Positions 29,645 through 41,986 are shown, counted from the stretch's first letter. The stretch is DNA of 64,000 nucleotides from an uncultured Gemmatimonadaceae bacterium (GCA_963822945.1 CAWGJO010000020.1:384001-448000), one strand, 5' to 3'. Notes: generated by a model from the sequence alone, not told the origin. Program-made: numbers and translations.

Positions 29645-29930
29645 GACGAACCCGGGAAGAATGGAAGAGACGGGCGGACGCAACACGGGCTCCCGCCTGC
29701 GCGGGAGCCCGTCGCGAGCGCCTGGCACTCGTGGAGCTTACTTGACCCGGAACGGAACCGAAAGCTCGGCGCGATCCCGGAAGAGCATGAGCACTCCGCG
29801 GGCGTGGGAGACGCCGAGTTTCATCCGGAGGAGCCGCCATGCGAGTCGGGGAGGCGGCGGCCCGGCGCAGTTCGTGACCCCGGAGCGCGTTCGCCGGTCG
29901 TTGTGAAAGGACACCTCAAGCGAGACGCAG

Positions 29931-30092
29931 ATGAAGAAGCTCCTCGGAACCGTGGGTGCAACGATCGGAAGCACCATAGGATGGTATGCCGCCGTCAAGC
30001 TCGGCTTCATGACCGCGTTCTTCGTGAGCACGATAGCGGGCGGGGTCGGCCTGTATTACGGTGTGAAGGCCGCGAACCAGTTGCTCGGCTAG
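29931..30092 (+). CDS. 53-aa glycine-zipper membrane microprotein (not in ORF track)
   Basis: MKKLLGTVGATIGSTIGWYAAVKLGFMTAFFVSTIAGGVGLYYGVKAANQLLG*, translated by hand. Confidence 0.75.
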   Translation: MKKLLGTVGATIGSTIGWYAAVKLGFMTAFFVSTIAGGVGLYYGVKAANQLLG

Positions 30093-30171
30093 TCGACAGC
30101 GCTGCCGGCATCTCGTGCGTTGACCTACGGGGCGTCGCGCCCCGTGCCATCCGCCATCTCACCCGAACGCC

Positions 30172-30763
30172 GTGACCCCTCTCGATCTCTCGAGCGACGT
30201 TAGCGCTCGTCGCCCTGTGTCTGTTGACGGTCAACCTGCTGCTCGGCCTCCTGCTCTCCATGCACTACAACCCGTGGAAGCACTGGCCACACCGCCGATT
30301 CAACTACTTCAAGGTCCACAACTGGACCGCGTACGTGGCCCTGGCGCTGGCCGCACTTCACGCCGTGTTGCTGCTGGCCGTCAAGACGCCCGTCTTCCGG
30401 TTCGTCGACGTCCTCTACCCGGTCAACGGGCCCAAGCAGCCCTGGATCAACAGCATCGGCGCGGCCTCGCTGTATGTGCTCATCGTCGTCGTGGTCACGT
30501 CGTACTACCGCGTGGCCATCGGGCGTGACCGGTGGAAGCTGCTCCACTACCTGACGTATCTGACCGCCGCGCTGTTCTTCGTGCACGGCGTGCTCACCGA
30601 TCCCACGCTCAAGGACGCGCCGATCGACTATCTGGACGGCGAGAAGGTGCTGATCGAGGTCTGCGCCCTGCTCGTGCTCGGCCTGTCGCTGTACCGGCTC
30701 CGATGGGCCATGCGCCGGAAGACCGCCCACAAGACCGTGGCGTCGCCGGCGCGGGCCGCCTGA
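30172..30763 (+). CDS. Ferric reductase-like transmembrane (cytochrome b/MsrQ-like) protein, frameshift near 30201
   Basis: MTPLDLSSDV joins ALVALCLLTVNLLLG after removing one base; His ligands VHNW, LHAV, WKLLHYLTY, VHG. Confidence 0.75.
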
Positions 30764-30775
30764 CCCGGCGGGCGA

Positions 30776-31012
30776 TCAGAGCAGCCGCTTGTACCGCTTC
30801 CGGCGGCGGGACTTGGCGGACCGCCGATATGGTTCCCGCGGCACGATGTCGCTGAGCGCCACCAGCGCCTGCTCGGCCGTATGCCGCGACAATTCCCAGC
30901 GCACGCGCGACCGCTTCTCGCGCTGGATCTTCTCCAGGCGCGCCCGGACTGCTCCCTCCCCCTCGGCCGCCGCGCGCGCCCGCCGCTCGCTCTCCGATGG
31001 TTTGCGACTCAT
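30776..31012 (-). CDS. Hypothetical small basic protein
   Basis: 78-aa ORF filling the intergenic gap; helical, very Arg/Lys-rich. Confidence 0.5.
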   Translation of the reverse strand: MSRKPSESERRARAAAEGEGAVRARLEKIQREKRSRVRWELSRHTAEQALVALSDIVPREPYRRSAKSRRRKRYKRLL

Positions 31013-31104
31013 ATTCGCTCGTACGTAGTGGGCCCAGTCAAACTAACCCGCGGCGGCGCCGTGCCGTCACGATTCCCGCCGCGATGATCCGCCGGAACGC
31101 TCCA

Positions 31105-32445
<1,341 letters not shown>

Positions 32446-32484
32446 ACCGACGGACCCGCCGCCCCGCCGCGAATCTCTTCCACC

Positions 32485-33105
32485 GTGACCCTCAACTCGC
32501 CGCGCGAGGCACTCGCGCACCTGCGCCGCGTCGATCCCGTCATGGCGGGCGTCATTCGCAAGGTCGGCCCCTACCGGCTGCAGATCCGCCGGGGGAACTC
32601 ACACTTCCACTACCTGGTGCGGGCCATCGTCTTTCAGCAGCTTTCGGGAAAGGCGGCGGGCACCATTCACGCACGCTTCTGCGCACTGTTTCCCCGCCGC
32701 CACGTGGACCCTGAACGGCTGCTGGCGCTCTCAGATGAGTCGCTGCGCTCGGTGGGGCTCTCGCGTCAGAAAATGAGCTACCTCCGCGATCTGGCGGAGA
32801 AGGTGCACACCGGGGCCGTGCCGCTCCACCGCGTGCGGCACATGAGCGACGACGCGATCATCGACCACCTGGTGCAGGTGAAGGGTGTGGGCCGCTGGAC
32901 GGCGCAGATGTTCCTGATGTTCCGCCTCGGCCGCCCCGACGTACTGCCCGAGTTGGATCTCGGGATCCAGAACGGCGTGCAGCGGGCATATGGATTGCGC
33001 CGGCGCGCCACCCCGAAGGACGTCCAGCGCATCGGGAAGGTGTGGACCCCGTACAGTTCGATTGCCTGTTGGTACCTGTGGCGGTACGTCGACGACGCCG
33101 GTTGA
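32485..33105 (+). CDS. DNA-3-methyladenine glycosylase II (AlkA/HhH-GPD family)
   Basis: IVFQQLS, GLSRQK, HhH motif VKGVGRWTAQMFL, PDVLPELD, WTPYSS. Confidence 0.9.
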   Translation: MTLNSPREALAHLRRVDPVMAGVIRKVGPYRLQIRRGNSHFHYLVRAIVFQQLSGKAAGTIHARFCALFPRRHVDPERLLALSDESLRSVGLSRQKMSYLRDLAEKVHTGAVPLHRVRHMSDDAIIDHLVQVKGVGRWTAQMFLMFRLGRPDVLPELDLGIQNGVQRAYGLRRRATPKDVQRIGKVWTPYSSIACWYLWRYVDDAG

Positions 33106-33192
33106 AGGCGCATCGCGCGCCGCGCTAGGTTCTCGACGACGCTTCTTCCCCGGAGTCCCCTCGTCATGCCCCCCGCCATTCGCTCATCCGGC

Positions 33193-34511
33193 ATGCAGCG
33201 CCGCGCGGCGCTGCGCTCCATCGTCGCGGTCGTCGCCGCGGCCGCGGCACTCGCGCTCTCGGCCGCACCGGTCCGCGCGCAAGTCATCCCCGCCGAACGG
33301 AAGATCCGCGCCTTCGTGCACCAGCACCACGAAGACGAGATCGCCATGCTCCAGCGCGCGGTGGACATCAACAGCGGCACGATGAATTTCGCCGGCGTGC
33401 GCGAGGTCGGCCGGGTGTTCGCCGCCGCGCTCGACTCGCTCGGCTTCGAGACGCACTGGGTCGAGCTGCCTGACTCCGTGAACCGCGCCGGACATCTGGT
33501 GGCCGTGCACAAGGGCAGGCCGGGCGGCAAACGCCTTCTGCTCATCGGCCACTTCGATACGGTGTTCGAAGGGGAGGGACAGCAGTTCGTCCGCGAAGAC
33601 ACCATCGCTCAGCGGCGCCGGCACCAGCGACATGAAGGGAGGCGACGTCGTTCTCGTCTACGCGCTCAAGGCGCTCCGCGACGTCGGCCGCCTCGACGAT
33701 GCCAACATCATCGTCGTGTTCAACGGCGACGAGGAGGCGCCGGGGCTCCCACTCAGTATCTCGCGGCAGGCGCTGCGGGACGCGGCGGCGCAGAGCGACA
33801 TCGCCCTGGCGTTCGAGGCGGGGACGCAGTCCCTGGCGTCGGTGTCGCGCCGGGGCGCCAGCTCCTGGCTGCTCACGGTGCAGGCCCGGCAGTCACACTC
33901 TGCCGGCGTGTTCAGTCGAGGCGCCGGCTACGGCGCCATCTACGAGACCGCGCGCATCCTCGACACCTTCCGGCGCGAACTGGCCGGCCAGCCCGATCTC
34001 ACCTTCAATCCCGGCGTCATTCTCGGCGGCACGCACGTCACCTACGACACCGCCCACCTGGCGGGGAGCGCGGACGGGAAGACGAACATCATCGCCCCCA
34101 CGGCGGTGGTGCCGGGCGATCTCCGGTTCATCACCGAAGGGCAGAAGGACAGCGCGCGCGCCCGCATGCGCAGCATCGTCGCCGACCACCTGCCCGGCAC
34201 GACCGCCGAGATCACCTTCGAGGACGGCTATCCGGCGATGCCCATGACCCCGGGCGGCGAGCACCTGATCGCGCGTGTACGACTCCACCAGCCAGGCCCT
34301 CGGCTACGGCCCCGTGTACGCGCGCAGGATCCGAGCCTCGCGCGGCGCCGGCGACGTGTCGTTCGTGGCGCCCTACATCCCGGGCATGGACGGCCTGGGC
34401 GCCCTCGGCCGCGGTGCCCACACGCCGCGTGAGATGGTGGACCTGAATTCGCTCACGATGCAGACGGAGCGCGCCGCGGCCCTGATGGAGAGACTCCTGG
34501 CTGAGAAGTGA
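33193..34511 (+). CDS. Secreted M20/M25/M40 metallopeptidase (glutamate carboxypeptidase-like), frameshifts near 33610 and 34275
   Basis: Signal peptide; IGHFDTVF, DMKGG, GDEE, GAGDVSF, GAHTPRE across three frames. Confidence 0.85.
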
Positions 34512-34577
34512 ACGCTGAAACGTGAAGGGCGAGGAAGCGAGTCTACGCCCTCCTCACCCTTCACCGTTCACCGCTCA
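34509..34577. repeat. Inverted arrays of degenerate 7-bp repeats (TGANNNN / NNNNTCA) between convergent genes
   Basis: TGAACGC TGAAACG TGAAGGG CGAGGAA ... CTCCTCA CCCTTCA CCGTTCA CCGCTCA. Confidence 0.7.
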
Positions 34578-35039
34578 GGCCGTCTGCGTCGGCAGCGGCC
34601 CCAGGAACCCCTTGGGCAGTTCGGCCATCGCGTCGCGGTGCGCGAACACCACGTCGGGGTGACGCTGGAGCATCTCCAGGTAGCGCGCCGCGAACGTCGT
34701 CTTGGGCGGCACCGGCGTGAGCAGCCCGCGCATCTGCGCCAGCAACGACGCGGTGACCTCACTGGCCACCGGCGTATTCTCCTGCTCCGCAGCATCCAGC
34801 GCCTCGTCGATCTGCACGATCAACTGCGAGGCGGGACGCAGCCACTCGAACGACGGCTCGTGCAGCACCGCCTGCAGATACGCGTTGGGCGTGAGGCGGC
34901 CGCGCGAGCGCTCCAACTCCACCCGCTCCATTTCGAGCAGCAAGCGGTGCACGCGCAGCAACCCCTGCCTCGCGGCCTTCAGGGTATTCGTGGTCAGGTC
35001 GCCGGCAGCAAGGCCGGCGGGCGTTTCAATGGGTTGCAT
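34575..35039 (-). CDS. Hypothetical alpha-helical protein
   Basis: GAGGAG RBS before ATG 35039; LLRVHRLLLEMER...FEWLRPASQLIVQIDE...YLEMLQRHPDVVFAH. Confidence 0.75.
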   Translation of the reverse strand: MQPIETPAGLAAGDLTTNTLKAARQGLLRVHRLLLEMERVELERSRGRLTPNAYLQAVLHEPSFEWLRPASQLIVQIDEALDAAEQENTPVASEVTASLLAQMRGLLTPVPPKTTFAARYLEMLQRHPDVVFAHRDAMAELPKGFLGPLPTQTA

Positions 35040-35160
35040 CGGCTCCTCCACTTCTGAAGTTAGCCGCGAGGGGAAGGGCGGATGGGCGAAACGGACGATC
35101 CCCTGGGATACTGACGAACCGAGGGAACGGATGTCAGTGATCCGAACCCGTGAGGCACCG

Positions 35161-35187
35161 AAAAGCCCCCGGCGATCGCCGGGGGCT
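35161..35187 (-). terminator. Intrinsic terminator of the fad operon
   Basis: Palindrome AGCCCCCGGCGATCGCCGGGGGCT, followed by a T run on the minus strand. Confidence 0.75.
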
Positions 35188-35240
35188 GGCCGAAGACGGC
35201 CGGCTGCTGAGACCCGCGCGGCCGCCCCGCCCGGGGTGCC

Positions 35241-36410
<1,170 letters not shown>

Positions 36411-36422
36411 GAGTCATCCCTC

Positions 36423-38705
36423 TCAGTTGCGGAGCGGTTTGCCGGTCTTGAGCATGTGCGCGATGCGCTCCTGCGTTTCCTTGGTACCGAGCAGGCGAAG
36501 GAAGGCGTCGCGCTCCAGATCGAGCACGTCGTCCTCGGTCACCGTGCGCGCCGGCCCGTCGCCGCCGCAGAGCACCCGGGCGATCTCGAGCGCCATCCGG
36601 ACGTCGTGGTCGCTCGCCTGTCCTGCTTCGTGCATGGCCCACGCGGCGTAATGCAGGTTCCCCATGCCGGCACTCCCCACCGCCTCGATGGTGCGCAGCG
36701 GCGGCGCGACGTAGTCGGGGGCCAGGTCGAGCACCCGGCGCTTGGCATCGGCCAGCAGAAAGTCGCGGTTCATGGAGATCCGATCGCGGTCGCGCAGGAA
36801 GCCGAGGTTGCGCGCCTCGAGCGCGCTCGTGCTCACGGTCGCCATGGCGATGGTCTTGAAAGCGCGCTTCGGCGCCTCGAAGGGATCGGCCTCGTCGTAC
36901 GGCGCCAGATCGCCCGCGAACCGGAAGAGCAGCTCCTTGGTCCCGCCGCCGCCGGGCAGCAGGCCCACGCCCACCTCCACCAGCCCCATGTACAACTCGG
37001 CGTGCGCCTGGATGGCGTCGGCGTGCAAGGACCACTCGCATCCGCCGCCGAGGGTCAGGCCGAACGGCGCCGCCACCACCGGAAAGGGCGCCGAGCGGAC
37101 GGACATCGAGCAGCCCTGGAAAAGCAGCACCGCTTCCTCGAGCCGCTTCCAGTCGCCGGCCTGCGCCAGCGACGCCACCATGCCGAGGTCGGCGCCGGCC
37201 GTGAACGTCCGCGGATCGTCGTTCCCGATCACGAGTCCCGCCAGCCCGTCGCGTTCCACGATTTCCAGCGACTTCATGAGCATCGTGAGCACACCCTCGC
37301 CCAGCGAGTTCATCTTGCTGTGGAACTCGAGCACGGCCACACCGTCGCCGGCATGCCAGAGCGACGCATCGGCCGACTCGGCCAGCGCCCGTCCCGAACG
37401 GCGCAGCGTATCGATGCGCAACAGCCCTTCGGGCTCCTGCACCGGTTCGTACCCCGTCCAGTCCAGCGACGCCGCTCGGGTGCCGTCACGCCCGTAGAAA
37501 CCCTCCTGCATGGCCTTCGGGCGGAGTGCCGCGGCCTCGGGCAGCGCATCGCCCAGCAGATCGAGCTGCTTGAACGGACCCGCTTCCCACGCGAACCCCC
37601 ACTCCATGGCGTGGTCCACGTCTGGCAGTCGGTACGCGATCTTCGGCGCCGTTTCGATCACATAGTGCGACAACCGCGTCAGATACTCGCGTGCGAACTT
37701 GCCATAGGTGCCGTCGAGCGCGACGGCAGCCTTGAGCCGGTCGCCGAGTGGAAGCTTGAGCGCTTTCCCGATGGCCGCCGCCTGGGGTTTGGCCGCGGCC
37801 GCGTACGCCATGGTCTTCCAGTTCAACGTCTGGATTTCCTTACCCACCTTCTTGTAGAAGCCGGCCCCGGTCTTTTCGCCCAACTGGCCGTTCTTCACCA
37901 TCGCGCCGACCCAGTCGGGCAGCGTGAAGTCCTCGCCGGTCGCCGTGGCCAGCCCGGCCGCCACGTGGGAGAGCACGTCGAGCCCCGTGAGGTCGGCCGT
38001 GCGGAAGGTGGCCGACTTGGCCCGCCCGAGCAGAGGCCCGGTGAGCACGTCCACCTCGTCGATGGTGAGATCGAACTCCTCCATCATGCGAAGCGCCAGC
38101 ACCATGCCGAACACGCCAAGGCGGTTGGCCACGAAGCCTGGCACGTCGCGCGCGGTGACGATGCCCTTGCCTAGAATCCGCTCGCTGAAGGCCCGGGCGC
38201 CGGCAATGGTGTCGGCCGCCGTGTGCGAGGTGGGAATGATCTCGAGCAGATGCAGGTAGCGCGGTGGATTGAAGAAGTGCATCCCGAGAAAGCGCTGCTT
38301 GAAGGCGTCGGTCCGCCCTTCGGTAAGCAGCGCCATGGGGATGCCCGAGGTGTTCGACGCGATGATCGCGTGCGGCGGCAGGATCCGTTCGAGCTTCGCG
38401 TAGAGAGCGCGCTTGGGTTCCAACTGCTCGATGATCGCCTCGATGACGAGGTCGCAATCGGCCAGGCCCCCGAGGTCGTCAGTGGTGTTTCCCACCTCGA
38501 TCAGCGCCGCGCGCGCGGGATCCATGAACGCGGCCGGCCTTGCCTTGCGGGCCCGTTCGAGCCCCTTCCTGGCCGGCGCATTCGGGTCGTCGGCCGGCCC
38601 CGCGATGTCGAGCAGCGCCACCGGTATGCCGGCCGACGCGGCCAGTGCGGCAATGCTATGTCCCATCGTCCCGGCGCCGATGACGCCAAGCCGTCGAATC
38701 CGCAT
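36423..38705 (-). CDS. 3-hydroxyacyl-CoA dehydrogenase / enoyl-CoA hydratase fusion (FadN-type domain order)
   Basis: GAGTMG, SNTSG, HFFNPPRY, GFVANRLG, then crotonase domain LGGGCE, GLVEVGVGLLPGGGG; GGAGGAG RBS before ATG 38705. Confidence 0.93.
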   Translation of the reverse strand: MRIRRLGVIGAGTMGHSIAALAASAGIPVALLDIAGPADDPNAPARKGLERARKARPAAFMDPARAALIEVGNTTDDLGGLADCDLVIEAIIEQLEPKRALYAKLERILPPHAIIASNTSGIPMALLTEGRTDAFKQRFLGMHFFNPPRYLHLLEIIPTSHTAADTIAGARAFSERILGKGIVTARDVPGFVANRLGVFGMVLALRMMEEFDLTIDEVDVLTGPLLGRAKSATFRTADLTGLDVLSHVAAGLATATGEDFTLPDWVGAMVKNGQLGEKTGAGFYKKVGKEIQTLNWKTMAYAAAAKPQAAAIGKALKLPLGDRLKAAVALDGTYGKFAREYLTRLSHYVIETAPKIAYRLPDVDHAMEWGFAWEAGPFKQLDLLGDALPEAAALRPKAMQEGFYGRDGTRAASLDWTGYEPVQEPEGLLRIDTLRRSGRALAESADASLWHAGDGVAVLEFHSKMNSLGEGVLTMLMKSLEIVERDGLAGLVIGNDDPRTFTAGADLGMVASLAQAGDWKRLEEAVLLFQGCSMSVRSAPFPVVAAPFGLTLGGGCEWSLHADAIQAHAELYMGLVEVGVGLLPGGGGTKELLFRFAGDLAPYDEADPFEAPKRAFKTIAMATVSTSALEARNLGFLRDRDRISMNRDFLLADAKRRVLDLAPDYVAPPLRTIEAVGSAGMGNLHYAAWAMHEAGQASDHDVRMALEIARVLCGGDGPARTVTEDDVLDLERDAFLRLLGTKETQERIAHMLKTGKPLRN

Positions 38706-38956
38706 CCTGCTCCTCCGGAATTGTGCAGTAGCCGGCGCGTTCGGCGCCGGATTCGAGTAATACCGCATTGGAGGGGCTGGGGGCAGTGGGAATGCCTCCG
38801 GGTGTTTACTCGGAAGACCCCCGACTGCCGGCCGCCAGGAAGGTCCGCAAAGAGCGACCCATGGTTGCAACTCTTTGCGTAGTTCGTCAGCGGTAACGGA
38901 TGTCACAACACTGCGTAAACGGTTTCCCTATAATCTGATACGGAACACGAGCTGGT

Positions 38957-38972
38957 TGGTTCGATTCGTGCA
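38957..38972 (+). promoter_or_regulatory. Possible sigma54 (-24/-12) promoter of the pilin cluster
   Basis: TGGTTCGATTCGTGCA has GG-N10-GC spacing; inverted repeat CGCAAAGAG-N16-CTCTTTGCG at 38846-38879 upstream. Confidence 0.35.
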
Positions 38973-38985
38973 ATAGAGGCCCGGC

Positions 38986-39474
38986 ATGTCACGCTCCCAG
39001 CAGGCTGCATCACCATCCCTTCGAGGCCGGTTCCAGCGCTTCGGCTTCACAATCATCGAGATGCTCGCGGTCCTCGTGATCATGGGACTGCTCGTGGGGA
39101 TCTCGATTGGCCGAATCAGCGCCACGATCACGCAGCAACGCCTGAACCGCGCGGCCATCGCCTTGAGCGGTGACCTGGAGTCGGCGTTCTCGTTGGCTCA
39201 ACGCGACCGCAAGCCGGTCACGATCTCGTTCAACACGGGCACCATGGAGTTGAGTATCGCCGACGCCGCGTCGGGCACGGTGTTCCGCAAGACGTCGCTG
39301 GGCAATTTCGACCTGAAGGCGTCGAACGTCACGCTCTCGCGAACGTCGCTGAACGTCTACCCCGCCGGCCTGGCCGACGATTCGCTCTCCATCACTCTCT
39401 CGGCCACGCTCGGCAACACCACGTACTCGCACCGGGTGCGGATGACGCGTGGCGGACTCGTGCAGGTCAAATGA
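38986..39474 (+). CDS. Type IV minor pilin/pseudopilin, FimT/FimU/GspH-like
   Basis: Class III signal G|FTIIEMLAVLVIMG. Confidence 0.85.
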   Translation: MSRSQQAASPSLRGRFQRFGFTIIEMLAVLVIMGLLVGISIGRISATITQQRLNRAAIALSGDLESAFSLAQRDRKPVTISFNTGTMELSIADAASGTVFRKTSLGNFDLKASNVTLSRTSLNVYPAGLADDSLSITLSATLGNTTYSHRVRMTRGGLVQVK

Positions 39475-39890
39475 TGCGCTCTTCTCGCCGCCCGCCACGC
39501 GGGCACGCCCGGGCCGGCGTATCGCTCATCGAGATCATGATCGCGATGAGCATGCTGGCCATCGTGCTGGTGACCATCGCCCAGCTCTCGCTCACCGTGG
39601 CCCGGACGGGCCGGAGCAACGATCTCGTCGCCCGCCGCACCGCCGTGCTGCAGCAACAGGCGGCCCGGCTCGGCGCCATTCCCTACACGACGCTCGATTC
39701 GCTTGCCAGCGGCACCTCGACGATCACCGTCGGCGGCGTGGCGTACAAGCGACGGCTCTCTCTCACGCAGGGCACCAATCGGATCACGGTGAAGGTGGTG
39801 ATCGCGCCGGTGTCGGATTCGACGAAGAAGGACTCCCTGGTGTTCGACCACGCCTACGGGTCCGGTTCTCCCCTCTGTTCCGGGTGTTGA
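39471..39890 (+). CDS. Type IV minor pilin, PilV-like
   Basis: G|VSLIEIMIAMSML; C-terminal CSGC; ATGA overlap. Confidence 0.82.
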   Translation: MMRSSRRPPRGHARAGVSLIEIMIAMSMLAIVLVTIAQLSLTVARTGRSNDLVARRTAVLQQQAARLGAIPYTTLDSLASGTSTITVGGVAYKRRLSLTQGTNRITVKVVIAPVSDSTKKDSLVFDHAYGSGSPLCSGC

Positions 39891-39892
39891 TC

Positions 39893-40774
39893 ATGAAACG
39901 CACGAGCATCCGCCGCGCCGGGTTCACCCTCACGGAAGTGCTGATCGCCGTGGTAATCATCGGGATCATCGGCGCCGCGTTCACGCGATTGATCATCGCG
40001 CAGTCGCGCTTCTTCACCCGCGAATATGGAGCGCGCAGCGCTCGCGCCGTGGCGCGTAACTCCATGAATCTCATGCTGTCCGATCTCCGCATGGTGCAGG
40101 ACTCCGGGGGCGTGGATTCGGTATCGAGCGACGGACGGACGGTCCGGGTAATCGTTCCTTACGCCTACGGGATGGCCTGCGGCAACTCGCTGACCGCCAC
40201 GGTCGTGAGCCTCCTGCCGGTGGACAGCAGCGTGCTCAAGCTTGCGACGTACGGCGGCTACGCGTGGCGCAACCCCTCCGGCGGGCGCTACACCATCGTG
40301 ACGCCTCCCCTGCCCCAGGGGGCGAACAAGGTTCAGGCGTCGACCTATCCGGACCTGTGCACCGACCACGACAAGGCCAACATCTCCACGCTCCACATCA
40401 ACGGGCGATCCGGCCAGATCGTCGATCTCACGCCGCTGGCGGTGGGCGCCGCCGCCTACGATCCGGTCTTTCTCTGGCAGAAGATCACCTATTCGTTCGA
40501 CACCTCCGCGTCGTTCCCGGGCCTCTATGGGCTGTACCGCAACGTGTCCGGGGGACAGCGCGAGGAGATTCTGGCCCCATTCACGTCCTCCGCGCGGTTC
40601 AAGTTCTACGTGCCCAACCAGGACACGTCGCAGACCACCGTTCCCGCGCTCTCGAGCATCCGCGGACTGGACATCCTGCTCTACGGCGTGAGCCCGAAGC
40701 CCGCCAACGACGGGACCCGCGCATCCACGACGTTCACCACCGCCGTGTTCTTCAAGAACACGCGCGGTTTCTGA
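39893..40774 (+). CDS. Type IV minor pilin, PilW-like
   Basis: G|FTLTEVLIAVVIIG; LMLSDLRM helix; ATG at 39893. Confidence 0.82.
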   Translation: MKRTSIRRAGFTLTEVLIAVVIIGIIGAAFTRLIIAQSRFFTREYGARSARAVARNSMNLMLSDLRMVQDSGGVDSVSSDGRTVRVIVPYAYGMACGNSLTATVVSLLPVDSSVLKLATYGGYAWRNPSGGRYTIVTPPLPQGANKVQASTYPDLCTDHDKANISTLHINGRSGQIVDLTPLAVGAAAYDPVFLWQKITYSFDTSASFPGLYGLYRNVSGGQREEILAPFTSSARFKFYVPNQDTSQTTVPALSSIRGLDILLYGVSPKPANDGTRASTTFTTAVFFKNTRGF

Positions 40775-40785
40775 GGACCCCACCG

Positions 40786-41901
40786 ATGTCACGTCTCTCC
40801 AATCGCAAGGGGTTCGCGCTCCCCATGGCCGTGCTGGTGATCGCCGTGATCACGGCGGCACTCGCCGCGGCGTTCATGACCACCACGGCGGAGATCGCGA
40901 CCAACCAGGCGCAGAAGGGCACCGAGCGAGCGTTCGCGATCGCCCAGAACGGCCTCGAACAGTTCCTGGTGCGTCGCAGCGAGGCCGGGTGGTGCCAGTA
41001 CTGCGGCTCGCCGCCGGCCACGACGGCCGAGTCCACGAAGGTGGCGTCGAACGGCGGCTACGCCTGGGTCGTGTCGCGCCAGGTGCACCCGTCGTCGGGC
41101 ACGTCCGACCCGGCCCGCTACTTCATCACGTCCACGGGTGTCGACACCACCACGAAGATGTCGGGCGCCGGGAGTACGATGTATGCCACGCGCACCGTCG
41201 GCATCTACGCCAAGTGGAACATCAACACCGTGAACGTGCTGTCGGGATGGACCAGCCTCTCGGGCATTCACAAGAACGGAACGGCCGGCGTGATCAGCGG
41301 CGTCGACCAGTGCGGCGCGGACACGACACTCGCCGGCGTCACCGTCCCGTCGGGCGGATGGAGTTCGAATGGTAGCTTCTCCCCGACGGGAAACCCGCCC
41401 ATCGACTCCAACCAGACCCAGTCCGAGCTCGCATCGCAGACCAAGATCGACTGGCAGGCCGTACTCAATGGCGCCATCCAGCCCGATGTCGAGATCCCCC
41501 CGGGCAGCTTTCCCAGCAATGCCCAGTTCGCCGACACGAGCTACTGGCCCGTCATCCGCATCCACACGAACGGGTACTCCCTCCCTCGCGCCGGCCGCGG
41601 CATCATCATCGCCGACAGCGACTTCGTGATCAACGGCAGCAACATGTGGAATGGGATCCTCCTGGTCGGCGGGGCACTCACGTCCAACGGAAACAACACG
41701 ACCGCCGGCGCCACGATCAGCGGCCTCAACGTACTGCTGGGTGGAGCGGCGGGCGCCGGTGTGGTTACCGTCGACACGTCCATGGCTCAGGGACAGAAGA
41801 GCTACGTCTACAACAGTTGCAACGTCGCGCGCGCCTCGAAGGGCCTGCAGTCGTACCTCGCCTACCCCAACACCTGGGTCGACAACATCGCGATCTACTG
41901 A
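40786..41901 (+). CDS. PilX-like minor pilin with extended C-terminal domain
   Basis: RKG|FALPMAVLVIA lacking Glu5, AFAIAQNGLE; about 370 aa. Confidence 0.8.
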   Translation: MSRLSNRKGFALPMAVLVIAVITAALAAAFMTTTAEIATNQAQKGTERAFAIAQNGLEQFLVRRSEAGWCQYCGSPPATTAESTKVASNGGYAWVVSRQVHPSSGTSDPARYFITSTGVDTTTKMSGAGSTMYATRTVGIYAKWNINTVNVLSGWTSLSGIHKNGTAGVISGVDQCGADTTLAGVTVPSGGWSSNGSFSPTGNPPIDSNQTQSELASQTKIDWQAVLNGAIQPDVEIPPGSFPSNAQFADTSYWPVIRIHTNGYSLPRAGRGIIIADSDFVINGSNMWNGILLVGGALTSNGNNTTAGATISGLNVLLGGAAGAGVVTVDTSMAQGQKSYVYNSCNVARASKGLQSYLAYPNTWVDNIAIY

Positions 41902-41917
41902 TCCCGGTCGGCAGCAC

Positions 41918-41959
41918 ACAACGAGCCGTCCGCAGTCTTCACTGCGGACGGCTCGTTGT
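41918..41959. terminator. Bidirectional terminator between convergent genes
   Basis: Perfect 19-bp stem ACAACGAGCCGTCCGCAGT-CTTC-ACTGCGGACGGCTCGTTGT. Confidence 0.8.
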
Positions 41960-41986
41960 TGGCCACCTGCTGACTACCGCGGGTCG

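Noticed and set aside
29787..29906. Short ORF MSTPRAWETPSF... as a PqqA/RiPP-like precursor, and a 12-codon ORF at 29839 with a GGAGGAG RBS
   Set aside because: No ExxxY core and no radical SAM or other modifying enzymes nearby; no supporting evidence
38706..38985. c-di-GMP/cGAMP (GEMM) riboswitch before the pilin genes, suggested by CGCAAAG
   Set aside because: No upstream GGCAAA/GAAA P2 hairpin; CGCAAAGAG is one arm of a DNA inverted repeat
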